Shown here one piece after another: positions 7,769 through 17,310 of a stretch of 55,598 bases of DNA. The stretch comes from Candidatus Buchananbacteria bacterium. GTDB taxonomy: Bacteria > Patescibacteriota > Patescibacteriia > 2-01-FULL-39-33. Positions within the stretch are counted from its first letter, which is position 1, and each line of letters begins with the position of its first letter. The notes beneath the pieces are model-generated. The model was not told where the DNA came from. It made no database searches and was given only the letters and a program-made list of their open reading frames with translations. The stretch spans positions 1 through 55,598 of the forward strand of contig CAISTG010000038.1 of the NCBI GenBank assembly GCA_903888345.1, written 5' to 3'. The translations under genes and the position numbers were made by a program.

Positions 7769-10345
7769 ATGAAGAGTCGTTCTTTTAGTTTCCTGGCGCT
7801 TTTAGGCGCGGGATTTTTTGTTGGTTTGATTTTGGCGCCGGTGCGACCGGTGTTAGCGGCTTGGGAGATTAAGACCAATACAACTTGGAAATTGAGCGAT
7901 AGCCCAATAATCGCTGCCGATTGGGTGGCAGTACGTGCTGGTGCGAAATTAACGATTGAACCGGGCGTCGTGGTGAAATTTTCGGCGCCCGATGTTTACG
8001 ATCGCGCCATCTTTGTCCAAGGAACGCTCGAGGCGGTGGGTAGCGCTGATCAGCCGATTATTTTTACTTCGATTGCTGATGATACGGTTGGCGGTGACAG
8101 TAACAATGACGGTACAGCGACCAGTCCCAGTCCAGGCGATTGGTGGAAATTGGTCTTTCAAAATAGCCTGAATAATAAATTATCCAATGTAATTATTCGC
8201 TATGGCGGTACGGGCGGGTCTAACACGGTTGAAAATTATCGCAGCCAGTTGGTAATTACGGACTCGACTATTACTAATAATGTGGCCGCGCTTTGGAATA
8301 ATGATGGCGATTTAACTATTAGTAATTCGGTGATTGCTGACAATTGGCTGCCCATGAATGGCTATTCCATGGCCACTGGCCTGCAGAATGATGGCGGGAA
8401 AACGGTGGTGGCTACTAATAATTGGTGGGGGACAGCAGATGGGCCTTGTCCTTGGCAGTCTTTAGTTGATCCGGAAACTCCGCGGTGGCAAATTAATTTC
8501 CTCTATCTTTGCGGGTCTAAACCGATTGTTGATTCCAATGTTAATTATGACCCTTGGCTCAAGCAATCGCCGACCGCGGTGCAGAAGATTAATCCAGTCA
8601 TAGTAATCCCCGGCATTATGGGCAGCTGGCAGGATTGGACGGGCCAGTGGCAGATTGATCCGATCCTTCATACCTATGATGATTTATTGGACGCCATGCG
8701 GTTGGCTGGTTATCGCGATGACGAAACTTTGTTTACTTTTCCCTATCAGTGGCGCCAGTCTAATGTGATTAGCGCGCAACAGCTAAAAGACAAGATTCAG
8801 GCTGCTAAGGCAGTTTGTAAAGGTGACGACAAGGTTGATTGCTCTAAAGTGGATTTAATCGGTCATTCGATGGGCGGATTGGTTGCCCGCGCCTATATCG
8901 AGGGTAACGATTATCAAAATGATGTCGATCAAATGATTTTCATTGCCACGCCGCATCGAGGGGCGCCTAAGGCTTATTTGATGTGGGAGGGAGGGGAGTT
9001 AAATCCAGATAATTGGATATATAATATTGTGATAAAGAAAATATTTGAAATTGAAGCCGAACTTCAGGGCTACAAAACGACAGTCATTAGTGATGGCGTT
9101 TACCAATATGTCAAAAATGAAGTTCCCGCCGTTCAACAGTTACTGCCAATTTATAATTATTTGCGAGATAATGCTACTGGTGTTATCAGAGACTATCCGA
9201 ATAATTACCCAGTTAATATTTTTTTAGAAACGATAAATAGTGTAAATAGTCTGAGTAAATTAAAAAACGTTAATTCACTTAACTTATTGGGTGATAGCGG
9301 AGCAACAACAGTTTCCGGTCTGCGTTTGGTGGCCACTGCTTTCAATTTTGATGACAAGTGGAGCGATGGAATACCAGACGACTATAATAATTTATTAAGT
9401 GATCGGGGGTTAGAATTTGGTGCAGGAGATAATACGGTGCCGATTAGTAGTAATGGAGGATTTAACGGGCTTACAGATATTGTAATAGCGGCGGCTGATC
9501 ATTCTACTATTGTTACTAAGGCGCAGAAGATAATTATTAAGGCCTTAACTGGGTCTGAGCCTACTACCGAAGTGAATACTTCGGTAGTGGATAGGATATT
9601 GATGTTTAGAATCTTTTCTCCGGTCGATTTTGAAGTGATCGCGCCCGATGGGCGACGTCTGGGAAGAAATATCGCTGGTGCAGGTAATATATCAGAAATA
9701 TCCGACGGCTTTTACTCTGGGTATACTAGTAGCACCTTGCCGGAGTTTGTGGTTATTCCCAATCCGTTACCGGGCAATTATCAAGTAAAATTACTGGGGA
9801 ATGGGAACGGCGGCAGCTATCGACTCTCAACCAGTCTGGTTTCTAATTCTACAAGCTCCGAGAGTGATTTTAGTGGTCAAATATTGGCCGGCAGTGAGCG
9901 TAATGTAAATTTTAGTTTAGATAATTCGGAATTAGTCGCTGTAGCAAAAGCCGATATTACGATTGAATCGGCAATTAGTGATATTTCGAACTTGATGGTA
10001 CGAGGACTATTAATCGATAGGCAGGCGAAACAAAAGTTAATTCAACAATATCGATTACTGCAGGTCAAGGTTAAGGTCTTTGATTTAACTTTAAAATTAG
10101 CTGATGCTGCTTTACAGAAATTGGTCAGTGATAATAAACTGAAGCCAGAAAATAAGACTAAATTAGTTACTTTGGCACAAAAAGAGCTAGATAAAATAAG
10201 GTTGAAGCGTTTAGAGGTTATTAGCGAAGAGTTGAATAAAATAAGTGAGGTGGCTAATAATTATCGAGCCAGGGGCGTGCTTAAGCAATTGGGGTATGAT
10301 ATAATTAAAGCAAATAATGATTATTTAAAAATTAATTGGCAATAA
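7769..10345 (+). CDS. secreted alpha/beta-hydrolase (PGAP1/LCAT-like lipase) with N-terminal beta-helix
   Basis: Signal peptide; LTIEPGVVVKF/PIIFTS/NNWWG beta-helix motifs; PVIVIPGIMGS, FPYQWR, GHSMGG, ATPHRGAP, GDNTVP and catalytic His. Confidence 0.85.
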   Translation: MKSRSFSFLALLGAGFFVGLILAPVRPVLAAWEIKTNTTWKLSDSPIIAADWVAVRAGAKLTIEPGVVVKFSAPDVYDRAIFVQGTLEAVGSADQPIIFTSIADDTVGGDSNNDGTATSPSPGDWWKLVFQNSLNNKLSNVIIRYGGTGGSNTVENYRSQLVITDSTITNNVAALWNNDGDLTISNSVIADNWLPMNGYSMATGLQNDGGKTVVATNNWWGTADGPCPWQSLVDPETPRWQINFLYLCGSKPIVDSNVNYDPWLKQSPTAVQKINPVIVIPGIMGSWQDWTGQWQIDPILHTYDDLLDAMRLAGYRDDETLFTFPYQWRQSNVISAQQLKDKIQAAKAVCKGDDKVDCSKVDLIGHSMGGLVARAYIEGNDYQNDVDQMIFIATPHRGAPKAYLMWEGGELNPDNWIYNIVIKKIFEIEAELQGYKTTVISDGVYQYVKNEVPAVQQLLPIYNYLRDNATGVIRDYPNNYPVNIFLETINSVNSLSKLKNVNSLNLLGDSGATTVSGLRLVATAFNFDDKWSDGIPDDYNNLLSDRGLEFGAGDNTVPISSNGGFNGLTDIVIAAADHSTIVTKAQKIIIKALTGSEPTTEVNTSVVDRILMFRIFSPVDFEVIAPDGRRLGRNIAGAGNISEISDGFYSGYTSSTLPEFVVIPNPLPGNYQVKLLGNGNGGSYRLSTSLVSNSTSSESDFSGQILAGSERNVNFSLDNSELVAVAKADITIESAISDISNLMVRGLLIDRQAKQKLIQQYRLLQVKVKVFDLTLKLADAALQKLVSDNKLKPENKTKLVTLAQKELDKIRLKRLEVISEELNKISEVANNYRARGVLKQLGYDIIKANNDYLKINWQ

Positions 10346-10346
10346 T

Positions 10347-10739
10347 ATGAATAAATATCTTAAGTATTTTTTAGTCGTTCTTTTAACTTTGGTTTTGATT
10401 ACTATTTTTACACCGATTTTTGGAATTGTTTATGTTAATCTATTTGGAAATCTTGGTGGGGGTATGGATAGCTTAAATTGGGGTAATTTTTGGAATATTT
10501 TAGTTGGTTTATTTATTTCTTATGTTTTGTTTATTCCATTAATTGTCGCTGTCTTTGTTATTAAATCAATTAAATATTTTTTAATATTGGCCTTGGTTGG
10601 GTTGCCGTTGTTATTTATCATTTTAAGTTCAAATTTATTAACCGGGATTCAGTTAGTATTGCCATTTATTGGGATAGCATTAGTGGGCTGGTTGATTGGT
10701 GAGGGAATATTGCTGGCTTATAATAAACTCAAAAAGTAG
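10347..10739 (+). CDS. small multi-TM membrane protein (possible immunity partner of the lipase)
   Basis: About four hydrophobic helices, very AT-rich, starts 1 bp after the lipase stop. Confidence 0.7.
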   Translation: MNKYLKYFLVVLLTLVLITIFTPIFGIVYVNLFGNLGGGMDSLNWGNFWNILVGLFISYVLFIPLIVAVFVIKSIKYFLILALVGLPLLFIILSSNLLTGIQLVLPFIGIALVGWLIGEGILLAYNKLKK

Positions 10740-10743
10740 GGGT

Positions 10744-10970
10744 GGATTCCGGGTCAAGCCCGGAATGACAAGGAGCGAGTGGTGGATTCAGGGTCAAGTT
10801 TACCCTGCCGTTAGGCGTGAGGGCCCGGAATGACGGGGCGAGGGGTAGATTCCCGCCTGCGCGGGAATGACAGAGAGCGAGGGGTGGATTCCTGACTTCT
10901 CGGGAATGGCAGGAGATGAGGAGTGGATTCTCGCCTCTGCCTGACGGCAGGCAAGTTCGCAGTAATAACA
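10744..10970 (-). repeat. tandem array of five REP-like palindromes
   Basis: (G/A)GATTC...GGAATGACA-type units with related purine-rich linkers (e.g. gagcgaggggt); units 2 and 5 carry extra palindromic inserts. Confidence 0.85.
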
Positions 10971-10981
10971 ATATAAAATAA

Positions 10982-11012
10982 AAGACCCCGCGCAGCTTGG
11001 CTGGCGGGGTTT
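10982..11012. terminator. bidirectional terminator between convergent genes
   Basis: accccgc...gcggggttt flanked by A and T tracts. Confidence 0.7.
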
Positions 11013-11017
11013 GTTGG

Positions 11018-11683
11018 TTAGGGTTTAGGGGGCGAAGTGGAGTTCAGGGTTTTGGCGAACTCCCTTTGCAGATATTGGCCTTGTATTGGGTACACGGCGG
11101 TAACGCAGGGAATCAGGGGAACATAGTGTACTATTGACTCGGTGCTTTTCCGTTCCTGCTTCTCGTCCGTGCAATCGAATCTAGTTCTCATGTTGTTCAA
11201 GTTGTCGAGGAACTTGATCATCATGGCGTCAACTTCGGCGTTTCTTATTTGCTGATGGTAGAAGTCGTGTCGCTCTTCGTCGCTACTGAAGCGAGGATCA
11301 TCCTTCTTGGGCTTCGTGACAGTTCGAACTAGACGGGCGACTTTCTTGCCAAACAATTTTTTGATGGTCCGGCGGTTGACCACATACGAATCTTCAATCA
11401 CGTCATGCAGGAGAGCAGCAATAACCAGTTTGTAACGGGTTATGCCGAGCTCTTCAATCAAAATCAGTGCTGTCTGGCGACAATGCTCGAAATAGCGTTC
11501 GCCATTGTCTCTAAACTGGTTGCGGTGGCCATATTTGGCTAGGTTGTAAGCCTGGTCAATTAGTTCGAGCTTCTTGGGAGAAACACGCCCGCGTAGAATA
11601 TTGAGGAACCTCTCATGGTTTTGTGGGTTAGCCTCCAATTCATCCATATTGGCGAGGTTTTTCGGATCAAGGTTGTCGGTCAT
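11018..11683 (-). CDS. HD-domain (p)ppGpp hydrolase-like protein (small alarmone hydrolase/Mesh1 type)
   Basis: HRNQFRDNGERYFEH, AALLHDVIED, LVRTVTK, IKFLDNLNNMRT; no synthetase domain. Confidence 0.85.
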   Translation of the reverse strand: MTDNLDPKNLANMDELEANPQNHERFLNILRGRVSPKKLELIDQAYNLAKYGHRNQFRDNGERYFEHCRQTALILIEELGITRYKLVIAALLHDVIEDSYVVNRRTIKKLFGKKVARLVRTVTKPKKDDPRFSSDEERHDFYHQQIRNAEVDAMMIKFLDNLNNMRTRFDCTDEKQERKSTESIVHYVPLIPCVTAVYPIQGQYLQREFAKTLNSTSPPKP

Positions 11684-11733
11684 GATAGCAACTCCTCTTG
11701 GTTCTCGTTGTTAAATGTTCAAGTTAATAGTTG

Positions 11734-11762
11734 ACTATATTATATTATTAGATCTTTGTCAA
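11734..11762 (-). promoter_or_regulatory. sigma70 promoter of the HD gene
   Basis: TTGACA-N17-TATAGT on the minus strand. Confidence 0.7.
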
Positions 11763-11847
11763 ATTGACGCCTAAATTAAGGCAATCTAAGTAACTTTTTT
11801 GCCAATCACTCGTAAAAATGCTATAATAGTATCTAAAATATCCAATC

Positions 11848-13620
11848 ATGAAAACAAATACTAAAAAAACAATTAGTTATTACTGGCAAGCAGCCAAAAA
11901 GCATCCCATCTCCGGTCTTTCCTTGTTTGGCACGATGTTTGTGGCCACAATTTTGGGCTTAGTCACTCCTCTATATTACAAGCAATTATTCAATCAGTTG
12001 GCAGCTGGTGTCGGCAGTACTAACGCGGCGCAAGCAGCGCAAACCGCCTTAATCGCGACTTTGATAATTATTGCCTGTTTGAAATTTGGTGCTTTATTTT
12101 TGCGACGCTTGAATAATTTTTTGTTGAACTATTTCGAATCAAAAGTCATTGCCGAATTGACGGATTTTTGTTTTGCCGAAATGCATAAGCGGTCGTTTAG
12201 TTATTTTAATAATAATTTTGTCGGATCACTGACCAAGAAAATTAAATGGTTTGTCAGTGCTTTTGAGGCTTTGTGCGATCGCGTGATCTGGAATTTCTTG
12301 CCGTTGGTTGTTTCTCTGGTCGTAATAATTTTTGTCTTTTGGTCCATTAATCGTAACTTGGCGATTGGCGTCATCGCTTGGATTGTATTGTTTATGATTG
12401 TTAATTGGGTGTTTACGCGCTACAAGATGAAATTCGATTTGGTTCGCACCGAACTGGAAACTAAAAGCACCGGTTTGCTCGCTGATACTTTAACTAATAA
12501 TGCTAACGTTAAATTGTTTAATGGCTATCAGCGCGAAGTTAAAAAATATGCGAGTGTTACCGAATCTTTACGCAAGGCGCGTCGCTGGACTTGGGATTTG
12601 GGCGCAATCTTCGATTCAATTCAGGGCTTATTTATGGTGGCACTTGAAGTCGGAATTATTGCTTATGCGATTTATTTGTATACCTTAGGTCAATTCACTA
12701 TTGGTGATTTTGTTTTAGTGCAATCTTACGTTGGCAACTTAGTCGACAAGATGTGGGATTTTGGTAATGTCATTCGTTGGACTTATCAGAATTTAGCCGA
12801 TGCTGAAGAAATGACCGTTGTTTTAGAAACGCCGCCGGATATTGTTGATGTACCCAATGCTAAAAAGTTAAAAGCAGGAGAGGGAAGTATTGAGTTTGAT
12901 AAAGTTAATTTCAAATATGGCGATAGTCACGATATCTTAAATAATTTTTCACTGACTATCCCGGCGCGGCAACGCTTGGCGATTATTGGGCCATCGGGTG
13001 CCGGCAAAACAACGGTAATTAAATTATTGTTCCGCATGCATGACCTAACTGGTGGCCGCATTTTAATTGATGGCCAGAACTTATCCGAAGTTACTCAAGA
13101 AAGTTTATGGAATGCCGTTTCGTTGGTACCGCAGGATCCGATTTTGTTTCATCGCACCATCAAAGAAAATATCCAGTATGGCCGGCCAAGTGCGACCGAA
13201 AAGGAAATTATTGCTGCCGCTAAAGCTGCGCACTGTCATGAATTTATTTCTAAATTAGATAAGGGCTACGACACCTTTGTCGGAGAACGTGGCATTAAAT
13301 TGTCGGGTGGTGAACGCCAGCGCGTCGCCATTGCGCGAGCCATTCTAAAGAACGCGCCAATTTTGGTGCTAGATGAGGCGACTTCGTCACTCGATTCGCA
13401 GTCCGAGCGCTTGATTCAGGCCGCTCTTGATCGTTTAATGAAAGACAAGACGGTTATTGTTATCGCGCATCGTTTATCAACGATTCGCAAAATGGATCGC
13501 ATAATTACGGTTGATGCGGGGCGAATCACTGAAGATGGCACGCATGATGAATTATTACATCAAGCCAGTGGCACCTATTCAAAGTTGTGGAACTTACAAG
13601 CAGGAGGATTTATAAAATAA
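11848..13620 (+). CDS. ABC exporter, fused permease/ATPase
   Basis: TM domain plus GPSGAGKT, LSGGERQ and ILVLDEATS. Confidence 0.95.
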   Translation: MKTNTKKTISYYWQAAKKHPISGLSLFGTMFVATILGLVTPLYYKQLFNQLAAGVGSTNAAQAAQTALIATLIIIACLKFGALFLRRLNNFLLNYFESKVIAELTDFCFAEMHKRSFSYFNNNFVGSLTKKIKWFVSAFEALCDRVIWNFLPLVVSLVVIIFVFWSINRNLAIGVIAWIVLFMIVNWVFTRYKMKFDLVRTELETKSTGLLADTLTNNANVKLFNGYQREVKKYASVTESLRKARRWTWDLGAIFDSIQGLFMVALEVGIIAYAIYLYTLGQFTIGDFVLVQSYVGNLVDKMWDFGNVIRWTYQNLADAEEMTVVLETPPDIVDVPNAKKLKAGEGSIEFDKVNFKYGDSHDILNNFSLTIPARQRLAIIGPSGAGKTTVIKLLFRMHDLTGGRILIDGQNLSEVTQESLWNAVSLVPQDPILFHRTIKENIQYGRPSATEKEIIAAAKAAHCHEFISKLDKGYDTFVGERGIKLSGGERQRVAIARAILKNAPILVLDEATSSLDSQSERLIQAALDRLMKDKTVIVIAHRLSTIRKMDRIITVDAGRITEDGTHDELLHQASGTYSKLWNLQAGGFIK

Positions 13621-13622
13621 TT

Positions 13623-14306
13623 ATGAAAATTCTCCTCTCCATCACTACGACTCGCGGCTCTAATTGGCGCGAGAAAATTATAGAAGCCAAAAAGTTAGGC
13701 ATCACTGAAGTGGCATTCTTTTTGACGTGCTTAAACGCGCCGCACCGCCAGGAATTTTATCGCTTAGCTAAAGCAGCCGGTATCAAGAAAGCTCCCTTCG
13801 TTCATTTGCGCTCCGATATGAGTCCAACCGAAATTGATTATTTGATTAAAGAATTCGGTGCTAAATATTTTAATATTCACAGTCAAAAGGACCATCAGCT
13901 GACGCATGATCTGACAAAATATCGGGCGAAGATCTATATGGAAAATAATTTGGATCCGATTGCTGACGAAGCGCGAGACTGGGCTGGAGTCTGCTTAGAT
14001 GTTTCGCATTATGAAGATAAGCGCTTAAGGAAAATTAAAACTTTGCGGCAAGATGTTACTAAAGCGTTGCGTCGCTATAAAGTTGGTGCTTGGCATCTTA
14101 ACGCCATCGCCGCGCAGCCGTTTTATGATAAGAATGGTATCCACGGCTATGATTGTCATCATTTTACTGAGCTAAAGGAATTCAATTATTGTCTGAAATA
14201 CAAAAAATATTTGCCACAACATTATATCGCGCTCGAGCTAGAAAACACTTTGGCGGAGCAATTACAAGCCAAGGCATACCTGACAAAACTCTTGCGAAAT
14301 TCCTAA
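13623..14306 (+). CDS. TIM-barrel protein (xylose isomerase/AP endonuclease-like)
   Basis: FVHL, FNIH, YMENN, VCLDVSH, WHLNA, IALELEN metal-ligand pattern. Confidence 0.55.
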   Translation: MKILLSITTTRGSNWREKIIEAKKLGITEVAFFLTCLNAPHRQEFYRLAKAAGIKKAPFVHLRSDMSPTEIDYLIKEFGAKYFNIHSQKDHQLTHDLTKYRAKIYMENNLDPIADEARDWAGVCLDVSHYEDKRLRKIKTLRQDVTKALRRYKVGAWHLNAIAAQPFYDKNGIHGYDCHHFTELKEFNYCLKYKKYLPQHYIALELENTLAEQLQAKAYLTKLLRNS

Positions 14307-14396
14307 ATTACAACAAAAAAATCTCGGACAGTGTCTGGGATTTTTTAGTTACGTAAAATTTGTGGTATAATTAAGCTGTCAAATTAGGTGATAATT

Positions 14397-14996
14397 ATGA
14401 TTAATAGTTTTTTAACTAAAAAACTCTGGCTCAAGCAAGAAGAGATTCCCATTGTGGTTATCCGCACCTCATTTTTAAATTGGTGGCCATCTTGGTTGCT
14501 GGGCGGAATTTTTCTCTTGGCCTCCTTTTTCTTAATGTTTTATTTGTGGCAACAAAATGTTTGGGGCCCGCTGGTCTTTGGGGCGCTGATTATAGTAGCC
14601 TTAATATTACTGCTTCGAGCTTACTGGCAGCATTATTTTACGGCCTGGATTCTGACCAATTTGCGTTTGGTAGATTTTTATCAGCAAGGCTTTTTTCATC
14701 AAGAAACCAGTGAAGTTATTTATGATAAAATTCTGGAGGTCTATAGTCGCAAAGAAGGGGTGATGAGTGGTTTATTTAATTTGGGTGATGTTTATGTGGA
14801 AATCTCCGGCAGCAAGGCTAAATTGAAGCTAAAGCGAGTGCGCAGTTATGATCGGGCGGTCGCTGAGATTTTATTGCAGCAAGAAGATTACCAAAAAAAC
14901 CTGCTCAATGAGCATGAGCGACGCGCGCAGTATTTATTGCTTAAAATCAAACAAAAAATCGGCGAAAAAGCGTTTAATAATTTAATTGGAGCTTAA
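14397..14996 (+). CDS. membrane protein with bacterial PH-like domain
   Basis: Two TM helices then WILTNLRLVD...QQGFF...LFNLGDVYVE. Confidence 0.7.
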   Translation: MINSFLTKKLWLKQEEIPIVVIRTSFLNWWPSWLLGGIFLLASFFLMFYLWQQNVWGPLVFGALIIVALILLLRAYWQHYFTAWILTNLRLVDFYQQGFFHQETSEVIYDKILEVYSRKEGVMSGLFNLGDVYVEISGSKAKLKLKRVRSYDRAVAEILLQQEDYQKNLLNEHERRAQYLLLKIKQKIGEKAFNNLIGA

Positions 14997-15018
14997 GCGA
15001 TTTTGTGTTATAATTATT

Positions 15019-15471
15019 ATGTCCAAGGAAGGTATAGTCAAAAATAATTCAGCAGTCAAGAGAGTGGCTTTTTTTCTCAGCTTCTTGCTGTTTTTTGTAT
15101 TAATGTTCGCTTTAACCAAGGAATTAGTTAATCGGCGACAAATTGATCGTCAATTAGCAGATTATCAGCTTCGAATTGATAAATTACAATCAGAAAATAG
15201 TTCTTTAGCAACGAAAATTAGCTCTTGGGATCAAAGTGGAGAATTGGAAGCGAGCGCGCGTCAGAAATTAGGTTTAGAAAAGCCTGGTGAACAGACGATT
15301 ATTATTGCGCGTAACAGTTCCGGTGTTGTGAGTCAAGCATTGAAGAGCAATCAGGAGGTAGTTGATTTGGCACCAAAGATCGCCTCGAGTAATTATGAAA
15401 GCAACGTGACGCAGTGGTGGAAATATTTCTTCGAGTCCAACAACGTAAATAATAAAGCACAAAATAATTAA
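15019..15471 (+). CDS. FtsB/DivIC-family septum formation initiator
   Basis: TM plus coiled coil plus EASARQKLGLEKPGE. Confidence 0.8.
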   Translation: MSKEGIVKNNSAVKRVAFFLSFLLFFVLMFALTKELVNRRQIDRQLADYQLRIDKLQSENSSLATKISSWDQSGELEASARQKLGLEKPGEQTIIIARNSSGVVSQALKSNQEVVDLAPKIASSNYESNVTQWWKYFFESNNVNNKAQNN

Positions 15472-15486
15472 CGTACTTTTAGTCAT

Positions 15487-17079
15487 ATGGCACTAAAAAA
15501 ATCTAATCTTTCGCCGGAAGTAAAATCCAGGTTGAGGCAAGCTGTTTTGGGAGAAATCACGCACAAGGCGGCGCCAGCTAAAGCAAAAACTGCAGCCGCT
15601 AAGGTTCCAGTCGTGGCAGCTGCATCGAAGCCGGCTCTAAAAACTCTCAATAAAATTACGGTAGCTACTCCGGTGATTACTCCAATTAAGGCGGTGGTGG
15701 CAGCACCTAAGCCTGCTGTCGTTAAGGCTCAAGTGGTTAAGGCTAAGGATGCGGCACCGATAATTACTGCTAAACCGGAAGTTGCTCCTGCTAAGGCCGT
15801 CAAAAAAACCAAGGCGCATAAAAAGGCGGTTGCTAAAGTCAAAAAAGCCGCATCCCGGACGACTAAGAAAAAAATTAAAGCCGTGCCGGCCATAAAACCA
15901 CCGGTCGCTGTTAAAGCGGTGGCACCGATTGTCGGTGTGCCTAAAGTCGCGCCGGCGAAATCAATTTATTCTAAGCCGCGTCCTGTTGCTAAACGTGATT
16001 GGGAATTGCCTCAGAAGCCGAGTCAGTCATTAGAAGCCCTATTTTCGAAGCCAAAATCGACCATCTCTCCGTCGACTGGATTTTTCCGTAAACCGGCCAG
16101 TACGTCGGTTCGGGAAACTAAAGTTGTTTTTCCTAGCGCTAAGTTAGCAAAGGAAAAAGCTCGTAAACATTGGGGTGGCGCTAGAATTTTAAAGTTTATC
16201 GGATTAATTGTTCTGTTATTAATCGTATTGTTGGCTTTTGATATTTTCGGTCTTTATCAACTAGGTTTCCGCGATACAGTTAGTTACCAGGTTTCCCAAA
16301 ATTTACAGTTGCCAGCTGGCAGTGTTAATGGTAGCTATATTCCCTTAGCCAACTATTTGAGTGACGTTCAGCTGTTGAATTTACCAATGTCCCAGAAACG
16401 CGAAGGCATGTTCGATTATACCGACCAAACAGATATTAAAGCAAAGATATTTTATCGTTTGGCGGCCTTAGATATCATGACTCAGAAATTAACCGGTTAT
16501 GGCAAGTCAGTTACAATGGCTGATATGGATAATCAAGTGAATTTGTTATTACAGCAGACCGGCGGTAAAGATCAGGCGGAAAAAATCGTTGGCAACTTGT
16601 ATGGCCTGAATTTAGCTCAATTCCGTGAAAAGATTCTGGGGCCAATGTTGTTACGAGAGGGTTTACAGCAAGCAATTATTAATGATGAAACAGTGGCAAT
16701 TAATAAGGCGGCTAAAGATCGCGCCGATGAAGTTCTGAAATTAGCGCAAGTATCCAGTACTGATTTTGCTGCGTTAGCACACCAGTATAGTGATGATGAG
16801 GCGAGTATTAATACCGGCGGCGATTTGGGTTGGGTGATTAAGGGCCAATTAGATCAGCAATGGGAAAATTTAATTTTTAGTGGTACCAGTACTAAAGTTT
16901 TGCCACAATTAGTTAAAAGCAATTTTGGTTATCATATCATTAAGATTGAACAGCGAGTGGTTGATCCGAAGACTAATGTCGAAACCGTTAAGCTCCGTCA
17001 TATTTTAGTTAAAGTTGATATCGATAAGTATATTAAAGAATTATTAGACGGTGCGAAATTAATAAAATATATAAAATAA
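15487..17079 (+). CDS. SurA/PrsA-like parvulin peptidyl-prolyl isomerase with long Ala/Lys/Pro-rich N-terminus
   Basis: FAALAHQYSDD..S...GGDLGW and KSNFGYHIIK; TM helix near residue 240. Confidence 0.85.
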   Translation: MALKKSNLSPEVKSRLRQAVLGEITHKAAPAKAKTAAAKVPVVAAASKPALKTLNKITVATPVITPIKAVVAAPKPAVVKAQVVKAKDAAPIITAKPEVAPAKAVKKTKAHKKAVAKVKKAASRTTKKKIKAVPAIKPPVAVKAVAPIVGVPKVAPAKSIYSKPRPVAKRDWELPQKPSQSLEALFSKPKSTISPSTGFFRKPASTSVRETKVVFPSAKLAKEKARKHWGGARILKFIGLIVLLLIVLLAFDIFGLYQLGFRDTVSYQVSQNLQLPAGSVNGSYIPLANYLSDVQLLNLPMSQKREGMFDYTDQTDIKAKIFYRLAALDIMTQKLTGYGKSVTMADMDNQVNLLLQQTGGKDQAEKIVGNLYGLNLAQFREKILGPMLLREGLQQAIINDETVAINKAAKDRADEVLKLAQVSSTDFAALAHQYSDDEASINTGGDLGWVIKGQLDQQWENLIFSGTSTKVLPQLVKSNFGYHIIKIEQRVVDPKTNVETVKLRHILVKVDIDKYIKELLDGAKLIKYIK

Positions 17080-17118
17080 CTAAAAAAGCCGCCAACTTGG
17101 CGACTGCAGAAGTTATTT

Positions 17119-17191
17119 AGCCGACCGTGGGGATCGAACCCACGACCTACGGTTTACGATACCGTCGCTCTACCAACTGAGCTAGGTCGGC
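17119..17191 (-). tRNA. tRNA-Thr(CGT)
   Basis: Cloverleaf gccgacc/ggtcggc; D arm agctcagttggtagagc; anticodon loop aTCGTaa; T loop ttcgatc; CCA not encoded. Confidence 0.92.
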
Positions 17192-17196
17192 AAAAA

Positions 17197-17267
17197 AGCG
17201 GGTAACGAGAATCGAACTCGTGCATCAGCCTTGGGAAGGCCGCATTCTACCACTGAATCATACCCGC
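17197..17267 (-). tRNA. tRNA-Gly(CCC)
   Basis: Cloverleaf gcgggta/tacccgc; anticodon loop ttCCCaa; CCA not encoded. Confidence 0.93.
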
Positions 17268-17310
17268 AAATCAATAAAATTATAACTTATAATTATTAAA
17301 AAAGCAACTC

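Noticed and set aside
10744-10970. Possible CRISPR array
   Set aside because: Repeats are divergent REP-like palindromes, linkers are only about 11-13 bp and similar to each other, and no cas genes are present.
10729-10971. 80-aa ORF with CHSR/CHSG repeats
   Set aside because: It is a translation artefact of the REP array.
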